Positions 10,014-19,831 are shown, numbered from the stretch's first letter. The stretch is DNA of 64,000 nt from Patescibacteria group bacterium (GCA_041649155.1 JBAZNP010000001.1:673183-737182), one strand, 5' to 3'. The notes: generated from the letters alone by a model not told the origin. A program made the numbers and translations.

Positions 10014-10688
10014 ATGACAAAAGATAAGACAAAAGAAACTGATGTTACTCAACCAGAAGTTGGGAATACAGAGTCTGAAAAAAACGAAAAAATTGAAAAC
10101 GAAGTTGCCGCTGAGGCCGTTCCAGCTTCTCCAAAGAAGAAACTTCTTACTTTAAAGCAGTCAGGTGAAAGAAACTGGTACGTTATACATACTTATGCCG
10201 GCTATGAAGAGCAAGTTGCTGATTCTTTGAAACAAAGAATTGAATCTTTGAGTATGCAGGACAAAATTTTCGATGTAATTGTCCCTAAAGAAAAACAAAT
10301 TGAAATAAAAAATGGTAAGAGAACCACTATCGAGAAAAGAATTTTTCCTGGATATGTTTTGGTTGATATGATCGTTACGGATGATTCTTGGTATGTTGTT
10401 CGAAATACACCTAATGTAACAGGCTTCATTGGCTTTGGCGTGAGGCCAACTCCAATGTCTAAGGAAGAAATCGATAGAATTAAAAAACGCATGGGTGTTG
10501 AAGAACCTAAGTTCAAAGTTGACTTTAAAGAAGGTGACCTAGTGAAAATAACAGACGGTGCTTTGAAAGGTTTTGAAGGAAAAATCGAAGAAGTTGATCA
10601 AGATAAAGGTAAGGTAAAGGTTCTTGTGAATATGTTTGGTAGAGAAACACCTGTAACACTAGATTTCTTACAAGCAAAGAAAGTATAA
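10014..10688 (+). CDS. nusG: Transcription factor NusG with N-terminal extension
   Basis: WYVIHTYAGYE, FPGYVLV, TPNVTGF, KOW domain FGRETPV. Confidence 0.96.
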   Translation: MTKDKTKETDVTQPEVGNTESEKNEKIENEVAAEAVPASPKKKLLTLKQSGERNWYVIHTYAGYEEQVADSLKQRIESLSMQDKIFDVIVPKEKQIEIKNGKRTTIEKRIFPGYVLVDMIVTDDSWYVVRNTPNVTGFIGFGVRPTPMSKEEIDRIKKRMGVEEPKFKVDFKEGDLVKITDGALKGFEGKIEEVDQDKGKVKVLVNMFGRETPVTLDFLQAKKV

Positions 10689-10737
10689 CATTAATACAAG
10701 TTACAAATATACAAATTATTACAAATAAGGAAACGTT

Positions 10738-11163
10738 ATGGCTAAACCGATAAAAACAATTATTAAACTTCAATGTGCTGCAGGCAAGGCTAACCCAGCA
10801 CCACCTGTTGGACCTGCTTTGGGTCAACATGGTGTAAATATTATGGAATTTTGCCAATCTTTTAATGAGCAAACAAGAGATAAAGGCGATACAATAATTC
10901 CTGTTGAAATTACTGTTTATGAAGACAGAACTTTTAGCTTTATTTTAAAAACTCCTCCGGCTGCTGTTTTAATTAAAAAAGCTTTAGGGCTAAAATCTGC
11001 TTCTGATAATTCCAAGAAAAACAAAGTTGGAAAATTAACTCAAGCCCAACTAGAGGAAATTGCAACTACTAAATTACCTGATTTAAATGCAAATGACGTT
11101 GAAGCCGCCAAGAAAGTGATCGCAGGTACTGCACGTAGTATGGGTGTTGAAATAGAAAAATGA
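10738..11163 (+). CDS. rplK: 50S ribosomal protein L11
   Basis: [32 protein letters not shown]. Confidence 0.98.
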   Translation: MAKPIKTIIKLQCAAGKANPAPPVGPALGQHGVNIMEFCQSFNEQTRDKGDTIIPVEITVYEDRTFSFILKTPPAAVLIKKALGLKSASDNSKKNKVGKLTQAQLEEIATTKLPDLNANDVEAAKKVIAGTARSMGVEIEK

Positions 11164-11171
11164 CACGTAGT

Positions 11172-11212
11172 GTCATCCTGAGCGAATCGCTAAGCGATGA
11201 GTCGAAGGATCT
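11172..11212. repeat. Single-arm GTCATCCTGAG..GAAGGATCT repeat
   Basis: GTCATCCTGAGCGAATCGCTAAGCGATGAGTCGAAGGATCT. Confidence 0.75.
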
Positions 11213-11229
11213 AAAATAACTTTATATAT

Positions 11230-11257
11230 AAAAAAATTCCTTGATAGGAATTTTTTT
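11230..11257. terminator. Bidirectional intrinsic terminator after rplK
   Basis: AAAAAAATTCCT-TGAT-AGGAATTTTTTT. Confidence 0.7.
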
Positions 11258-11258
11258 G

Positions 11259-11345
11259 TTTGTGATGAATACGCTATCCACGGAGGCAAAAACCAAAGGA
11301 GGGGCAAAGGTTTTTTCGCAGATAGCATGCTCATCACAAAGCTCT
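11259..11345 (-). ncRNA. Candidate small RNA with a CCCCUCCUUU loop
   Basis: Long hairpin with G-U pairs favouring the - strand; - strand promoter TTGACA-N18-TATGAT at 11381-11352; terminator downstream. Confidence 0.45.
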
Positions 11346-11393
11346 TACTAAATCATACTATTTTATGCTATAATTTGTCAATAAAAAACTAAG

Positions 11394-13262
11394 ATGAGTA
11401 ATACAAATTTAAAAATTTCCATTGGGAGTCATAAAAAGATTTCCGATACAATAAAAATCCTGACTGAACTTGGATATATTCGTGAAGTGGTTCCAAACGA
11501 TCCTGGTACCTTTTCTGTTTCAGGCGGCAACCTGTCGATACATGCTGCCAACCATACAAATATTTTTATGGTTGAGTTTTTCGGTGATGAGATAGATCGA
11601 ATATTTGATTATGACAATGCAAGCAACAAGATACTAAAAAAGTATGAAGAAATCATAGTTTGCTCAAATTTCTTAGAGCTGGAAAATAACGTTAGAGTTT
11701 CGCCGGATGATTATGTCGTTCATGAAGATCATGGAATCGGAAGATTTTCATCAATTGAAACAAAAAATATAAATGGCGAAGATACTAAATATATATTAAT
11801 TGAATATTTGAATGGAGATGTACTTAACTTGCCATATGAATTTAAGAATAAATTATCTTCATATGTAGGAGTCGGCAGAAAAAAACCAAAATTAAGTAAA
11901 CTTGGCAGTGCAACTTGGCAAAGAACATATAAGAAAACGTATGAAAATATATTACTTTTAGCTAAGGAACTATTAAACATTTATGCCAAGCGAGAATTAA
12001 TAAATAGAGAAAAGTGGAAGATTAATAAAGACTGGAAAAAGGAAATTGAGAATACTTTTGGATATAGAGAAACGGAAGATCAGAAAAAAGCTTTGGATGA
12101 TATTTTTATTGATTTAGAAGGAGATAAGCCAATTGATCGTTTAGTTTGCGGTGATGTTGGATACGGAAAAACTGAAATTGCCATAAGAACCATAGCTCAA
12201 GCAGTCGCCAATGGCTATCAAGTTGCCATGCTTGTTCCGACTACAATTCTAGCTGAGCAGCATTATATAACTCTGAAAAACCGTTTTTGTAATCTACCAG
12301 TTTCAATAGAGCACCTGAGCCGTTTTATAAAAACTGAAGAGGAAAAAAAGATTTTAAATTCTTTAAAGAATGGCACAACGGATATAATTATAGGTACTCA
12401 TCGGTTATTTGGTGCAGATATTAAATTTAAGGAACTTGGCCTTCTGGTGATTGACGAAGAGCAAAAATTTGGCGTAAAGCATAAAGAAAAGTTGAAAAAG
12501 CTAAAACTCAATCTTAATATTTTATCTCTAACAGCGACACCAATTCCGCGCACTCTTTTCATGTCCTTGTCCGGCTTAAGGGATATTTCGCAAATTAGTT
12601 CTCCGCCTGCCGGAAGGCAAGAGGTTGGCACTAAGGTGGTTGTGTATAATGAAGAAGATATCATGAAATATGTGAATAGAGAAGTGGAGCGAAAAGGTCA
12701 GATTTACTATTTGCATAATGAAGTGAGAACGATTGAACCCAAGCGAAAAATATTACAAAAACTTTTTCCAAAGTTAAATATTGGCGTGGCACATGGGCAA
12801 ATGGGAGAGGTAGCGTTGGCAAAAGTTATGACAGACTTTGCTGAGAAAAAAATTGATTTGCTCGTTTGTTCTACGATTATCGAAAACGGTCTGGATTTGC
12901 CAAATGTTAATACGCTTATTGCCGACGACTCTGATAAGTTTGGTCTTTCCCAGCTTTATCAGATTAGGGGTAGAATTGGCCGAAGCAAAAAGAAAGCTTA
13001 CGCGCTATTCACTTTTCGGGACAAGAAAATTATCACAACCAATGCATACAAGCGTTTGAAGGCGATAGTTGAAAACACAAGATTAGGATCGGGCTATAGT
13101 ATCGCTTTGTCGGATTTAGAAATCCGTGGTGGAGGGAATATTCTAGGGAAAGAACAGCACGGCAATATGGAAGCAGTCGGTCTAGTTCTCTACACTAAGC
13201 TTTTAAATAAAGCGGTAGAAAACCTAAGAAAGAAGCAATCTAATAACAAAGTCATTAGATAA
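11394..13262 (+). CDS. mfd: Transcription-repair coupling factor, shortened form
   Basis: RID domain DYVVHEDHGIG, GDVGYGKTE, DEEQKFGV, TATPIPRTL, QIRGRIGR, DLEIRGGGNILG. Confidence 0.92.
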   Translation: MSNTNLKISIGSHKKISDTIKILTELGYIREVVPNDPGTFSVSGGNLSIHAANHTNIFMVEFFGDEIDRIFDYDNASNKILKKYEEIIVCSNFLELENNVRVSPDDYVVHEDHGIGRFSSIETKNINGEDTKYILIEYLNGDVLNLPYEFKNKLSSYVGVGRKKPKLSKLGSATWQRTYKKTYENILLLAKELLNIYAKRELINREKWKINKDWKKEIENTFGYRETEDQKKALDDIFIDLEGDKPIDRLVCGDVGYGKTEIAIRTIAQAVANGYQVAMLVPTTILAEQHYITLKNRFCNLPVSIEHLSRFIKTEEEKKILNSLKNGTTDIIIGTHRLFGADIKFKELGLLVIDEEQKFGVKHKEKLKKLKLNLNILSLTATPIPRTLFMSLSGLRDISQISSPPAGRQEVGTKVVVYNEEDIMKYVNREVERKGQIYYLHNEVRTIEPKRKILQKLFPKLNIGVAHGQMGEVALAKVMTDFAEKKIDLLVCSTIIENGLDLPNVNTLIADDSDKFGLSQLYQIRGRIGRSKKKAYALFTFRDKKIITTNAYKRLKAIVENTRLGSGYSIALSDLEIRGGGNILGKEQHGNMEAVGLVLYTKLLNKAVENLRKKQSNNKVIR

Positions 13263-13325
13263 ATTCTAGTTAAATTCTAGTCAAGTCATTTGGTCCTTAA
13301 GGTGCTCACGTCTATATTTTTTCCC

Positions 13326-13365
13326 GTTGTGGCAAATATCGTCGATCGTGAGTTTTCAGCATAAT
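13326..13365 (+). repeat. 40-bp palindromic repeat, copy 1
   Basis: GTTGTGGCAAATATCGTCGATCGTGAGTTTTCAGCATAAT. Confidence 0.9.
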
Positions 13366-13388
13366 AAAAATTAACATATAATATAAAT

Positions 13389-13952
13389 ATGAGCAGTGAG
13401 ATAAAAAGACAAATTCAGCAACAAAAGGTTGGCAAGGTAGCTAAAACTGTTATGGAAGGTTTTCTAGAGGGAGTTTATTTTGCTATGGAAACCCTAGGGA
13501 GATTAAATGTTAATAGATATAGCATATATGGTTCTTTAAGAAAAGGAGCTTTTTCTGATTGGAGTGATACACAGCTTTCAATAAAAATAAAAGATGCAGT
13601 TAGAACAGGCTATTTAAAAATTGATTCAAATAATTCTATCGAGTTTACCGATAAAGCCAAGTTGCGAATAGTGGATGTTGTTACTTCTAATAATCTAAAG
13701 GATGGTAAGAATCGTTTTATTTCGTTTGATATTCCTGAAGAAAAAAGGTCTCAGAGAGACGGTTTTAGAAGAACTATTAAAAAAATGGGGTTTAGACAGA
13801 TACAAAAAAGTCTTTGGGTTTGCGACAGGAATATTGGTGATTTTATTGAGATTGCGAAAAAAGAATATGATGTTGAGAAATACGTCGCATACATTGTTTC
13901 GGAAAAATCAGACATCGATGATCACATCAAAACTATTATGAGTATGCGTTAG
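13389..13952 (+). CDS. PaaX-like protein: winged-helix plus Cas2-like domain
   Basis: DGKNRFISFDIPEEKRSQRDGFRRTIKKMGFRQIQKSLWV matches the PaaX-central/Cas2 pattern; GYLKI..IEFTDKAK resembles a wHTH wing. Confidence 0.8.
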   Translation: MSSEIKRQIQQQKVGKVAKTVMEGFLEGVYFAMETLGRLNVNRYSIYGSLRKGAFSDWSDTQLSIKIKDAVRTGYLKIDSNNSIEFTDKAKLRIVDVVTSNNLKDGKNRFISFDIPEEKRSQRDGFRRTIKKMGFRQIQKSLWVCDRNIGDFIEIAKKEYDVEKYVAYIVSEKSDIDDHIKTIMSMR

Positions 13953-13953
13953 T

Positions 13954-13993
13954 GTTATGGCAAATATCGTCGATCGTGAGTTTTTAGCACAAT
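13954..13993 (+). repeat. 40-bp palindromic repeat, copy 2
   Basis: GTTATGGCAAATATCGTCGATCGTGAGTTTTTAGCACAAT; 37/40 identical to copy 1. Confidence 0.9.
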
Positions 13994-14143
13994 GATAAGT
14001 GGAAGATGTGTTGCGCGTAAAGAGTGTCTTTGGTGGCGGTGTCTTTGTTTTTATTGTTGTGAAATAATGGATCTGGTATACTGAAAACAAGCTGATAATC
14101 ATTATCACTTATTATTTATTGATCTCTAAGAGGAGGGAGTGAT

Positions 14144-15349
14144 ATGGGTTTTTTAAAGAAGGAAATTAAATCAAGCACGGCTTGGATAATTATTGCTGCT
14201 GCAGTTGTTCTATTGTTTGGCGGGGCATTAAGCTGGGCCTATTATAATGAACCAAATGATTATGATTACTCAAATGGCGGAACTCTAACTCAACAAAAAA
14301 CAGAAGTTGACGAAACCGCTGATTGGAAAACTTATACAAATGATACATATGGGTTTAGCTTTAAATATCCGAAAGATTGGGAAAATACAAAGACAGAAGC
14401 AACTTCAGAGCCAGCTTTGGGCGACCTAGCAACAGATTTGGTTTTCAAAGTAAAATTTTATGATCTATTAAATCAAAAACAGATTGATTGTGCAAACAAT
14501 GAACTTCAAAACTGGACCAGTAAAACACCAACAAAAACAGAATGCGAACCTATTCTGAGCGAGCTGACGAAAGTGCAAAAGGAAAATCTAACTGGCCCAA
14601 AATCTCCGCAGAATATTTATATTAGAATTTGGAAGAAGAATGACGCTGTAGCTTTGAAAGATTGGCTTTATAATAAATTCCATAAATCAAACACTGAACT
14701 TGAGAAATATCAGGTTGGCAAAGAAATTAACATTGCTAGTCTTAGTGGATACTATTCCTCAATTGGATGCTGCGCACAGTCAGATCGAAATTATGTAGTT
14801 GAAAAAAACGGTTATGTATACAGTCTAGGCACAAATTATTTTAAAGATAGTATAACTGATACAGAGATGCCTGCAATTTTTACTTTAATTAGTAAGACAT
14901 TAAAATTAACAACTCCAGCAAGCACTACTGCTGCTACCGTTTCTAACACCACAACTACCACTGCTGTTGCTTGGAAAACGTATGAAAATACTGATTATGG
15001 TTTTGGGTTGACTTTTACTGATGCGTGGGAAGGGTACAAGATGAAAGCTGTCGATTTAGAGGGGACTGTCAAAACATTTTATGTGAATGTTCCGACTTCT
15101 GATCCGCTTTATGTCTCCGAGACGAGTACGGCTTATGCCGGTTACGCTGCCCCTTTTGCTATAAGTGTGATCGAAAAATCAAAATGGCAGGACGATGAAT
15201 TATTTGCCAGAGATTTTGGTTCTAAAGTTGGGGAAAAGGGTGATTATGTTTTTACATCAAGCCAAGGGCAAGCTTGTGCAACCGACTTATGTGGCGGCGA
15301 CATTATGAGCTCTGTAAAAACCGTAATGGATTCATTCACCGTTTTGTAA
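14144..15349 (+). CDS. Membrane-anchored extracellular protein with two PsbP-like WKTY.N..YGF modules
   Basis: N-terminal TM; WKTYTNDTYGFSFKYP and WKTYENTDYGFGLTF; Thr-rich linker. Confidence 0.65.
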   Translation: MGFLKKEIKSSTAWIIIAAAVVLLFGGALSWAYYNEPNDYDYSNGGTLTQQKTEVDETADWKTYTNDTYGFSFKYPKDWENTKTEATSEPALGDLATDLVFKVKFYDLLNQKQIDCANNELQNWTSKTPTKTECEPILSELTKVQKENLTGPKSPQNIYIRIWKKNDAVALKDWLYNKFHKSNTELEKYQVGKEINIASLSGYYSSIGCCAQSDRNYVVEKNGYVYSLGTNYFKDSITDTEMPAIFTLISKTLKLTTPASTTAATVSNTTTTTAVAWKTYENTDYGFGLTFTDAWEGYKMKAVDLEGTVKTFYVNVPTSDPLYVSETSTAYAGYAAPFAISVIEKSKWQDDELFARDFGSKVGEKGDYVFTSSQGQACATDLCGGDIMSSVKTVMDSFTVL

Positions 15350-15353
15350 TTTA

Positions 15354-16430
15354 ATGTCTCAATACCTACTTGCACTAAATGCACATGAGAAAATTGGGAG
15401 TCAGACTATCAAAAAAGCTCTGGCTCCTTTTGGTGATAATGCTGAAAAATTGTGGAAAGTAGGGGATAGTGAAATTAGAAAAAAGTTGGATAGTCGGATT
15501 GCAGAATTAATTATTGAAGCGAAAAACCAATTTGATCCTTTGGCTGAAATTAAAAAATTACAAAAACTCAATATTGGTTATATGACAATGTATGATAAAG
15601 AATATCCGAAACTTTTAGCAGAAACGTCGGATGGGCCAGTCGTCTTATATATTCGGGGAGACATTAACGCCTTAAAAGTTCCAAGTATTGGCGTTGTTGG
15701 TAGTCGGAAATTTACCCACTATGGGCAAAAAGTCGCCTATCAATTATCCAAATCTTGTAGTGAGGCCGGTTTGAGTATCGTGTCAGGACTTGCCCTTGGG
15801 ATTGACACAGTGGCTCACAGGGCTGCGCTTGATGTTGGCGGGATTACGGTTGGGGTTTTGGGTTGTGGGCTGGATCGGATTTATCCTGCCAGTAATTTAA
15901 TGCTTGGCAAAGAAATAATCGAAAAAGGCGGGGCGGTTGTTTCGGAATTTCCGCCCGGAACTCCGCCGTTAAAATATAATTTTCCTGCTCGTAATCGAAT
16001 TATTGCCGGATTAACATTGGGTACACTTGTGATTGAAGCGGCCGAACAATCTGGAGCTTTGATAACGGCTTATCAGGCCTTGGAGTATAACCGTGAAGTT
16101 TTTGCTGTACCCGGCAACATTGACTCTGAAACCTCAAAAGGTACAAATTTACTAATTCAAAAAGGAGCAAAAACGGTAACTAAGCCGGAAGATATTTTAG
16201 AGGAATTTAATATTGAGGCGAGAAAAATTGAACAGAAAAATAGGGATTTATTGCCGGAAAATGTCAATGAAAAATTGATTTTTAATATCTTATCTTCGGG
16301 AGAAAAATTGGTCGATATCATTGTGTCTGAAAGTAAGTTAAACATCATAACTGTTAATACTTGTCTGACAATGATGGAGATGAAAGGAATAATCGAAAAT
16401 ATTGGGGGTGGTCGTTATAAATTGCGATGA
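15354..16430 (+). CDS. dprA: DNA-processing protein DprA
   Basis: VVGSRK, IVSGLALGID, FPARNRIIAGL, EAAEQSGALIT, REVFAVPG. Confidence 0.96.
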   Translation: MSQYLLALNAHEKIGSQTIKKALAPFGDNAEKLWKVGDSEIRKKLDSRIAELIIEAKNQFDPLAEIKKLQKLNIGYMTMYDKEYPKLLAETSDGPVVLYIRGDINALKVPSIGVVGSRKFTHYGQKVAYQLSKSCSEAGLSIVSGLALGIDTVAHRAALDVGGITVGVLGCGLDRIYPASNLMLGKEIIEKGGAVVSEFPPGTPPLKYNFPARNRIIAGLTLGTLVIEAAEQSGALITAYQALEYNREVFAVPGNIDSETSKGTNLLIQKGAKTVTKPEDILEEFNIEARKIEQKNRDLLPENVNEKLIFNILSSGEKLVDIIVSESKLNIITVNTCLTMMEMKGIIENIGGGRYKLR

Positions 16431-16513
16431 TTTAATGCAGAGACGATTTGATTTTTGATTTTCGATATTATATGGTAGGATTTTAATGTTTAAAACAAAA
16501 ATATATAACAGAA

Positions 16514-16540
16514 AGATCCCTCGACTTCGCTCGGGATGAC
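16514..16540. repeat. Single-arm AGATCC..GGATGAC repeat
   Basis: AGATCCCTCGACTTCGCTCGGGATGAC. Confidence 0.75.
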
Positions 16541-16564
16541 AAGGGGGAGAAGAAAAGGACAAAA

Positions 16565-18745
16565 ATGAATCTTGTAATCGTTGAGTCGCCGGCAAAGGCA
16601 AAAACAATTGAAAAGTATTTGGGCAAAGATTTTAAAGTTTTGGCCTCTTTTGGTCATGTTCGAGATTTGCCACAAAAAAAATTGGGCGTAGATGTTAAAA
16701 AAGATTTTTTGCCGGAATATGAAATTCCAGCTAAAGCAAAAAAGATTATTTCTGAAATCAAGAAAGCTGAGAAGGGCGCCAAAATTCTATATCTCGCAAC
16801 TGACTTGGATCGGGAAGGCGAGGCTATCTCCTGGCATATCCTAAAAGCCTTAAATATTAAGGAAAATGATCAGAACGTTAAAAGAATTGTTTTTAATGAA
16901 ATAACTAAGTCAGCATTGGAAAACGCGGTAAAAAATCCACGTGGTCTTGATATGAATTTAGTTGATGCGCAGCAGGCAAGACGAGTTTTGGATCGGCTGG
17001 TTGGTTATAAGCTTTCTCCATTACTGTGGAGAAAAGTAAAATCTGGCTTGTCGGCAGGTAGGGTTCAATCTGTCGCAGTGCGGCTGGTTGTTGAAAGAGA
17101 AAGAGAGATCGAAGCTTTCAAACCGGAAGAATTCTGGCTTTTGGGCGCAAATTTGTCAAAATTACAAGATGACAAGTTGTTCAAATCATTTTTAACAGAG
17201 ATTGACGGAAAACCGGTTAAAAAATTTGATATAAATAGTAAGGAACTCGCGGATCAAGTAGAAAAAGGTTTGACGGGTGCTGATTACAAAGTATTAAATA
17301 TTTCCAAAAAAGAATCAACGAGAAAGCCATCTGCTCCGTTTACAACTTCTACTTTGCAGATGGAAGCTTCAAGAAAGTTGGGGTATTCAGCAAAACAAAC
17401 AATGATGTTGGCTCAAAAGCTGTATGAAGCGGGACGCATTACCTACATGAGAACTGACTCAACTAATCTTTCTGAAGAGGCGGTTGGTGCAATCAGAAAA
17501 ACCATTAAGAACGAATTTGGCGATAAATATTTACCGGAAGGTGCGCAGAAATATCAAACGAAAACAAAACGCGCTCAAGAGGCTCATGAGGCAATCAGAC
17601 CGTCTCATATTGACCGTAAAGATGCTTCTGAAGATGCTAGAGAGCAAAAACTCTATGAAATGATCTGGAAACGAACCGTGGCATCTCAAATGAAAGAAGC
17701 AATATTTGATATCACTACAGTTTCAATTGAGGCAAATGCCAAACAAAAATTTTTGTTTGTGGCAAAAGGAGAAGGTCTTCGGTTTGATGGTTTTATAAGA
17801 GCATATGTTGAAAGCCAGGATGAAGAAACGGATGAAATTGAAAACAACATTCCAGCTCTTAAAGTTGGTGAAGTATTACAATTTCATAACTTAATTAAAG
17901 AACAAAAATTTACTGAACCGCCAAAGAGATATTCAGAAGCAATGCTGGTTAAAAAACTAGAATCTCTTGGAATTGGGCGTCCATCAACCTATGCTCCAAC
18001 CCTAGCAACAATTCAAGACAGGGGATATGTCGAACTGACTGATAAGAGATTTTTTCCGACAGATATTGCTAAAATTGTAAATGACCTTTTGGTCAAGCAT
18101 TTCTCTAATATTGTTGATTATGAATTTACAGCAAAAATGGAAGATCAGTTTGATGATATTGCTGCAGGAGAGAAAAAATGGGTTCCGGTGATTGAAGAAT
18201 TTTATACGCCTTTTGCCAAAAATCTTTCTGAAAAATCAAAAGAAATTGAGAAGGACGATATTATTAAACCTGAAATGACAGATGAAAAATGTCCTGAATG
18301 CGGAAAACCACTTTTGATTAGACTTGGCCGATATGGTAAATTTATGGCTTGTTCTGGTTATCCGGAGTGTAAATTTTCCAAGCCTCTGGAAGAAAAAGGT
18401 GAGAGCGGGGAAGTGGCCAATAAAAAAGGCGAAATGGAATCAATAGCGGAGGCAACTGCGGAAAAATGTGAAAAATGCGGTGGAAAGATGGTTTTGAAAG
18501 AGGGAAGATTCGGAAAGTTTTTAGCATGCGAGAATTATCCGAAATGTAAAAATACAAAAACAGTTGTTCAATCTTCGGGAATTAAATGTCCGGAATGTGG
18601 AGAAGGGGAGTTAGTTCAGAAGAGGACTAAAAAAGGCAGAATGTTTTGGGGTTGCTCACGATATCCGGGTTGCAAGTATGCCAGTTGGAACGATCCGAAG
18701 CAGGAACGGACAGCGAACAAAACAGACGGCGAAAATGAAAATTAA
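16565..18745 (+). CDS. topA: DNA topoisomerase I with three Zn-ribbons
   Basis: IVESPAKAKTI, ATDLDREGEAI, SAGRVQS, ITYMRTDS, three C4 repeats. Confidence 0.98.
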   Translation: MNLVIVESPAKAKTIEKYLGKDFKVLASFGHVRDLPQKKLGVDVKKDFLPEYEIPAKAKKIISEIKKAEKGAKILYLATDLDREGEAISWHILKALNIKENDQNVKRIVFNEITKSALENAVKNPRGLDMNLVDAQQARRVLDRLVGYKLSPLLWRKVKSGLSAGRVQSVAVRLVVEREREIEAFKPEEFWLLGANLSKLQDDKLFKSFLTEIDGKPVKKFDINSKELADQVEKGLTGADYKVLNISKKESTRKPSAPFTTSTLQMEASRKLGYSAKQTMMLAQKLYEAGRITYMRTDSTNLSEEAVGAIRKTIKNEFGDKYLPEGAQKYQTKTKRAQEAHEAIRPSHIDRKDASEDAREQKLYEMIWKRTVASQMKEAIFDITTVSIEANAKQKFLFVAKGEGLRFDGFIRAYVESQDEETDEIENNIPALKVGEVLQFHNLIKEQKFTEPPKRYSEAMLVKKLESLGIGRPSTYAPTLATIQDRGYVELTDKRFFPTDIAKIVNDLLVKHFSNIVDYEFTAKMEDQFDDIAAGEKKWVPVIEEFYTPFAKNLSEKSKEIEKDDIIKPEMTDEKCPECGKPLLIRLGRYGKFMACSGYPECKFSKPLEEKGESGEVANKKGEMESIAEATAEKCEKCGGKMVLKEGRFGKFLACENYPKCKNTKTVVQSSGIKCPECGEGELVQKRTKKGRMFWGCSRYPGCKYASWNDPKQERTANKTDGENEN

Positions 18746-18799
18746 AGAACCGCCGGCCTACGAGATGTAGACAGGCGGTCAAAGGGTATTTTGTGCCAC

Positions 18800-18973
18800 T
18801 CACTTTAGTAGTGATGCGGCGATTGATGTGAGGAGCATTATGCCTCCAGTAGTGCTCCAGCAATATGCGGCATCTAAGAGAGCTTTGTTGTTGGTGAAAG
18901 TCCACAATGCGCAACCGCATATTCCCATAGCCAATCCGATCAAGAACGAAATCTTTGCTATATCTGAATACAT
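18800..18973 (-). CDS. Small 57-aa two-TM membrane protein (absent from the ORF track)
   Basis: MYSDIAKISFLIGLAMGICGCALWTFTNNKALLDAAYCWSTTGGIMLLTSIAASLLK*; AGGGGG 6 nt before ATG; hairpin 18749-18780 downstream. Confidence 0.55.
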   Translation of the reverse strand: MYSDIAKISFLIGLAMGICGCALWTFTNNKALLDAAYCWSTTGGIMLLTSIAASLLK

Positions 18974-19036
18974 ATTTAACCCCCTGGAACAGTCATAACG
19001 TTGTTAACTATACCATATAACTCAATAAAAGTCAAT

Positions 19037-19633
19037 ATGCTACCAAGAAGTGTTCAAAATTTAATTGATGAGTTTGCTAAACTTCCTGGTGTTGGGCCAA
19101 AAACTGCGGCAAGGCTGGTTTTTTATTTGCTTTCCAAACCAAAGCAGGACGTTTCTAACTTGGGAAATGCCGTTTCTGGATTGACTGAGAATTTAAGTTA
19201 TTGCAAAGAATGCTTCAATATTGCCGAATCGGAGTTGTGTCCAATTTGTTCAAGCGAAAAAAGAGATCACTCCATTATTGCTGTTGTGGAGGAACCGCTA
19301 GATGTCATTGCCCTAGAGAAGTCATTATTTTTTAGCGGGGTTTATCATGTTTTAGGTGGGTCTATTTCGCCGATCAATGGTATCGGCCCCGAGGATTTGA
19401 GAATTAATCAACTGATTGAAAGATTAGGCGGTGGTGTTCAGGAAATAATTTTGGCGACTAATCCTGATTTGGAAGGTGAAGCTACGGCATCGTACATAAA
19501 AGACAGGGTACATAATAGTTCTAGCGAAATAAAAATAACTAGAATTGCCAGAGGATTACCTGTCGGTGGCGATTTGGAATATGCCGATGAAGTTACTTTG
19601 AAGCGGTCTTTGGAGGGACGGCGGGAGTACTAG
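19037..19633 (+). CDS. recR: Recombination mediator RecR
   Basis: LPGVGPKTAARL, C4 zinc finger, YHVLGG, ATNPDLEGEATA, LEYADEVTL. Confidence 0.97.
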   Translation: MLPRSVQNLIDEFAKLPGVGPKTAARLVFYLLSKPKQDVSNLGNAVSGLTENLSYCKECFNIAESELCPICSSEKRDHSIIAVVEEPLDVIALEKSLFFSGVYHVLGGSISPINGIGPEDLRINQLIERLGGGVQEIILATNPDLEGEATASYIKDRVHNSSSEIKITRIARGLPVGGDLEYADEVTLKRSLEGRREY

Positions 19634-19831
19634 AAATTACAATGTAATTGTAATTTCTAGATAACAGCTAACAGCTGAACAGATAACAGAAATTAGAAAA
19701 TAATTTTTATGAGTCTTTAAATAACTGTTATCTGTCTGTATTCTGTGATCTGTCAGTTGTCATAATTTGTCATAAAACATTTATAGGACTATATAATTTT
19801 GCCTAAATCTAAATTAGGTGGACAACTTTGT

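Noticed and set aside
12603-12621. CCGCCTGCCGGAAGGCAAG in mfd as a 20-bp palindrome insertion
   Set aside because: Encodes SPPAGRQ at the conserved TPP..R position of Mfd with no apparent length change.
13326-13993. CRISPR array next to a cas2 gene
   Set aside because: Only two adjacent repeats, separated by a 588-bp gene-containing segment; no cas1 or effector genes and no regular spacers.
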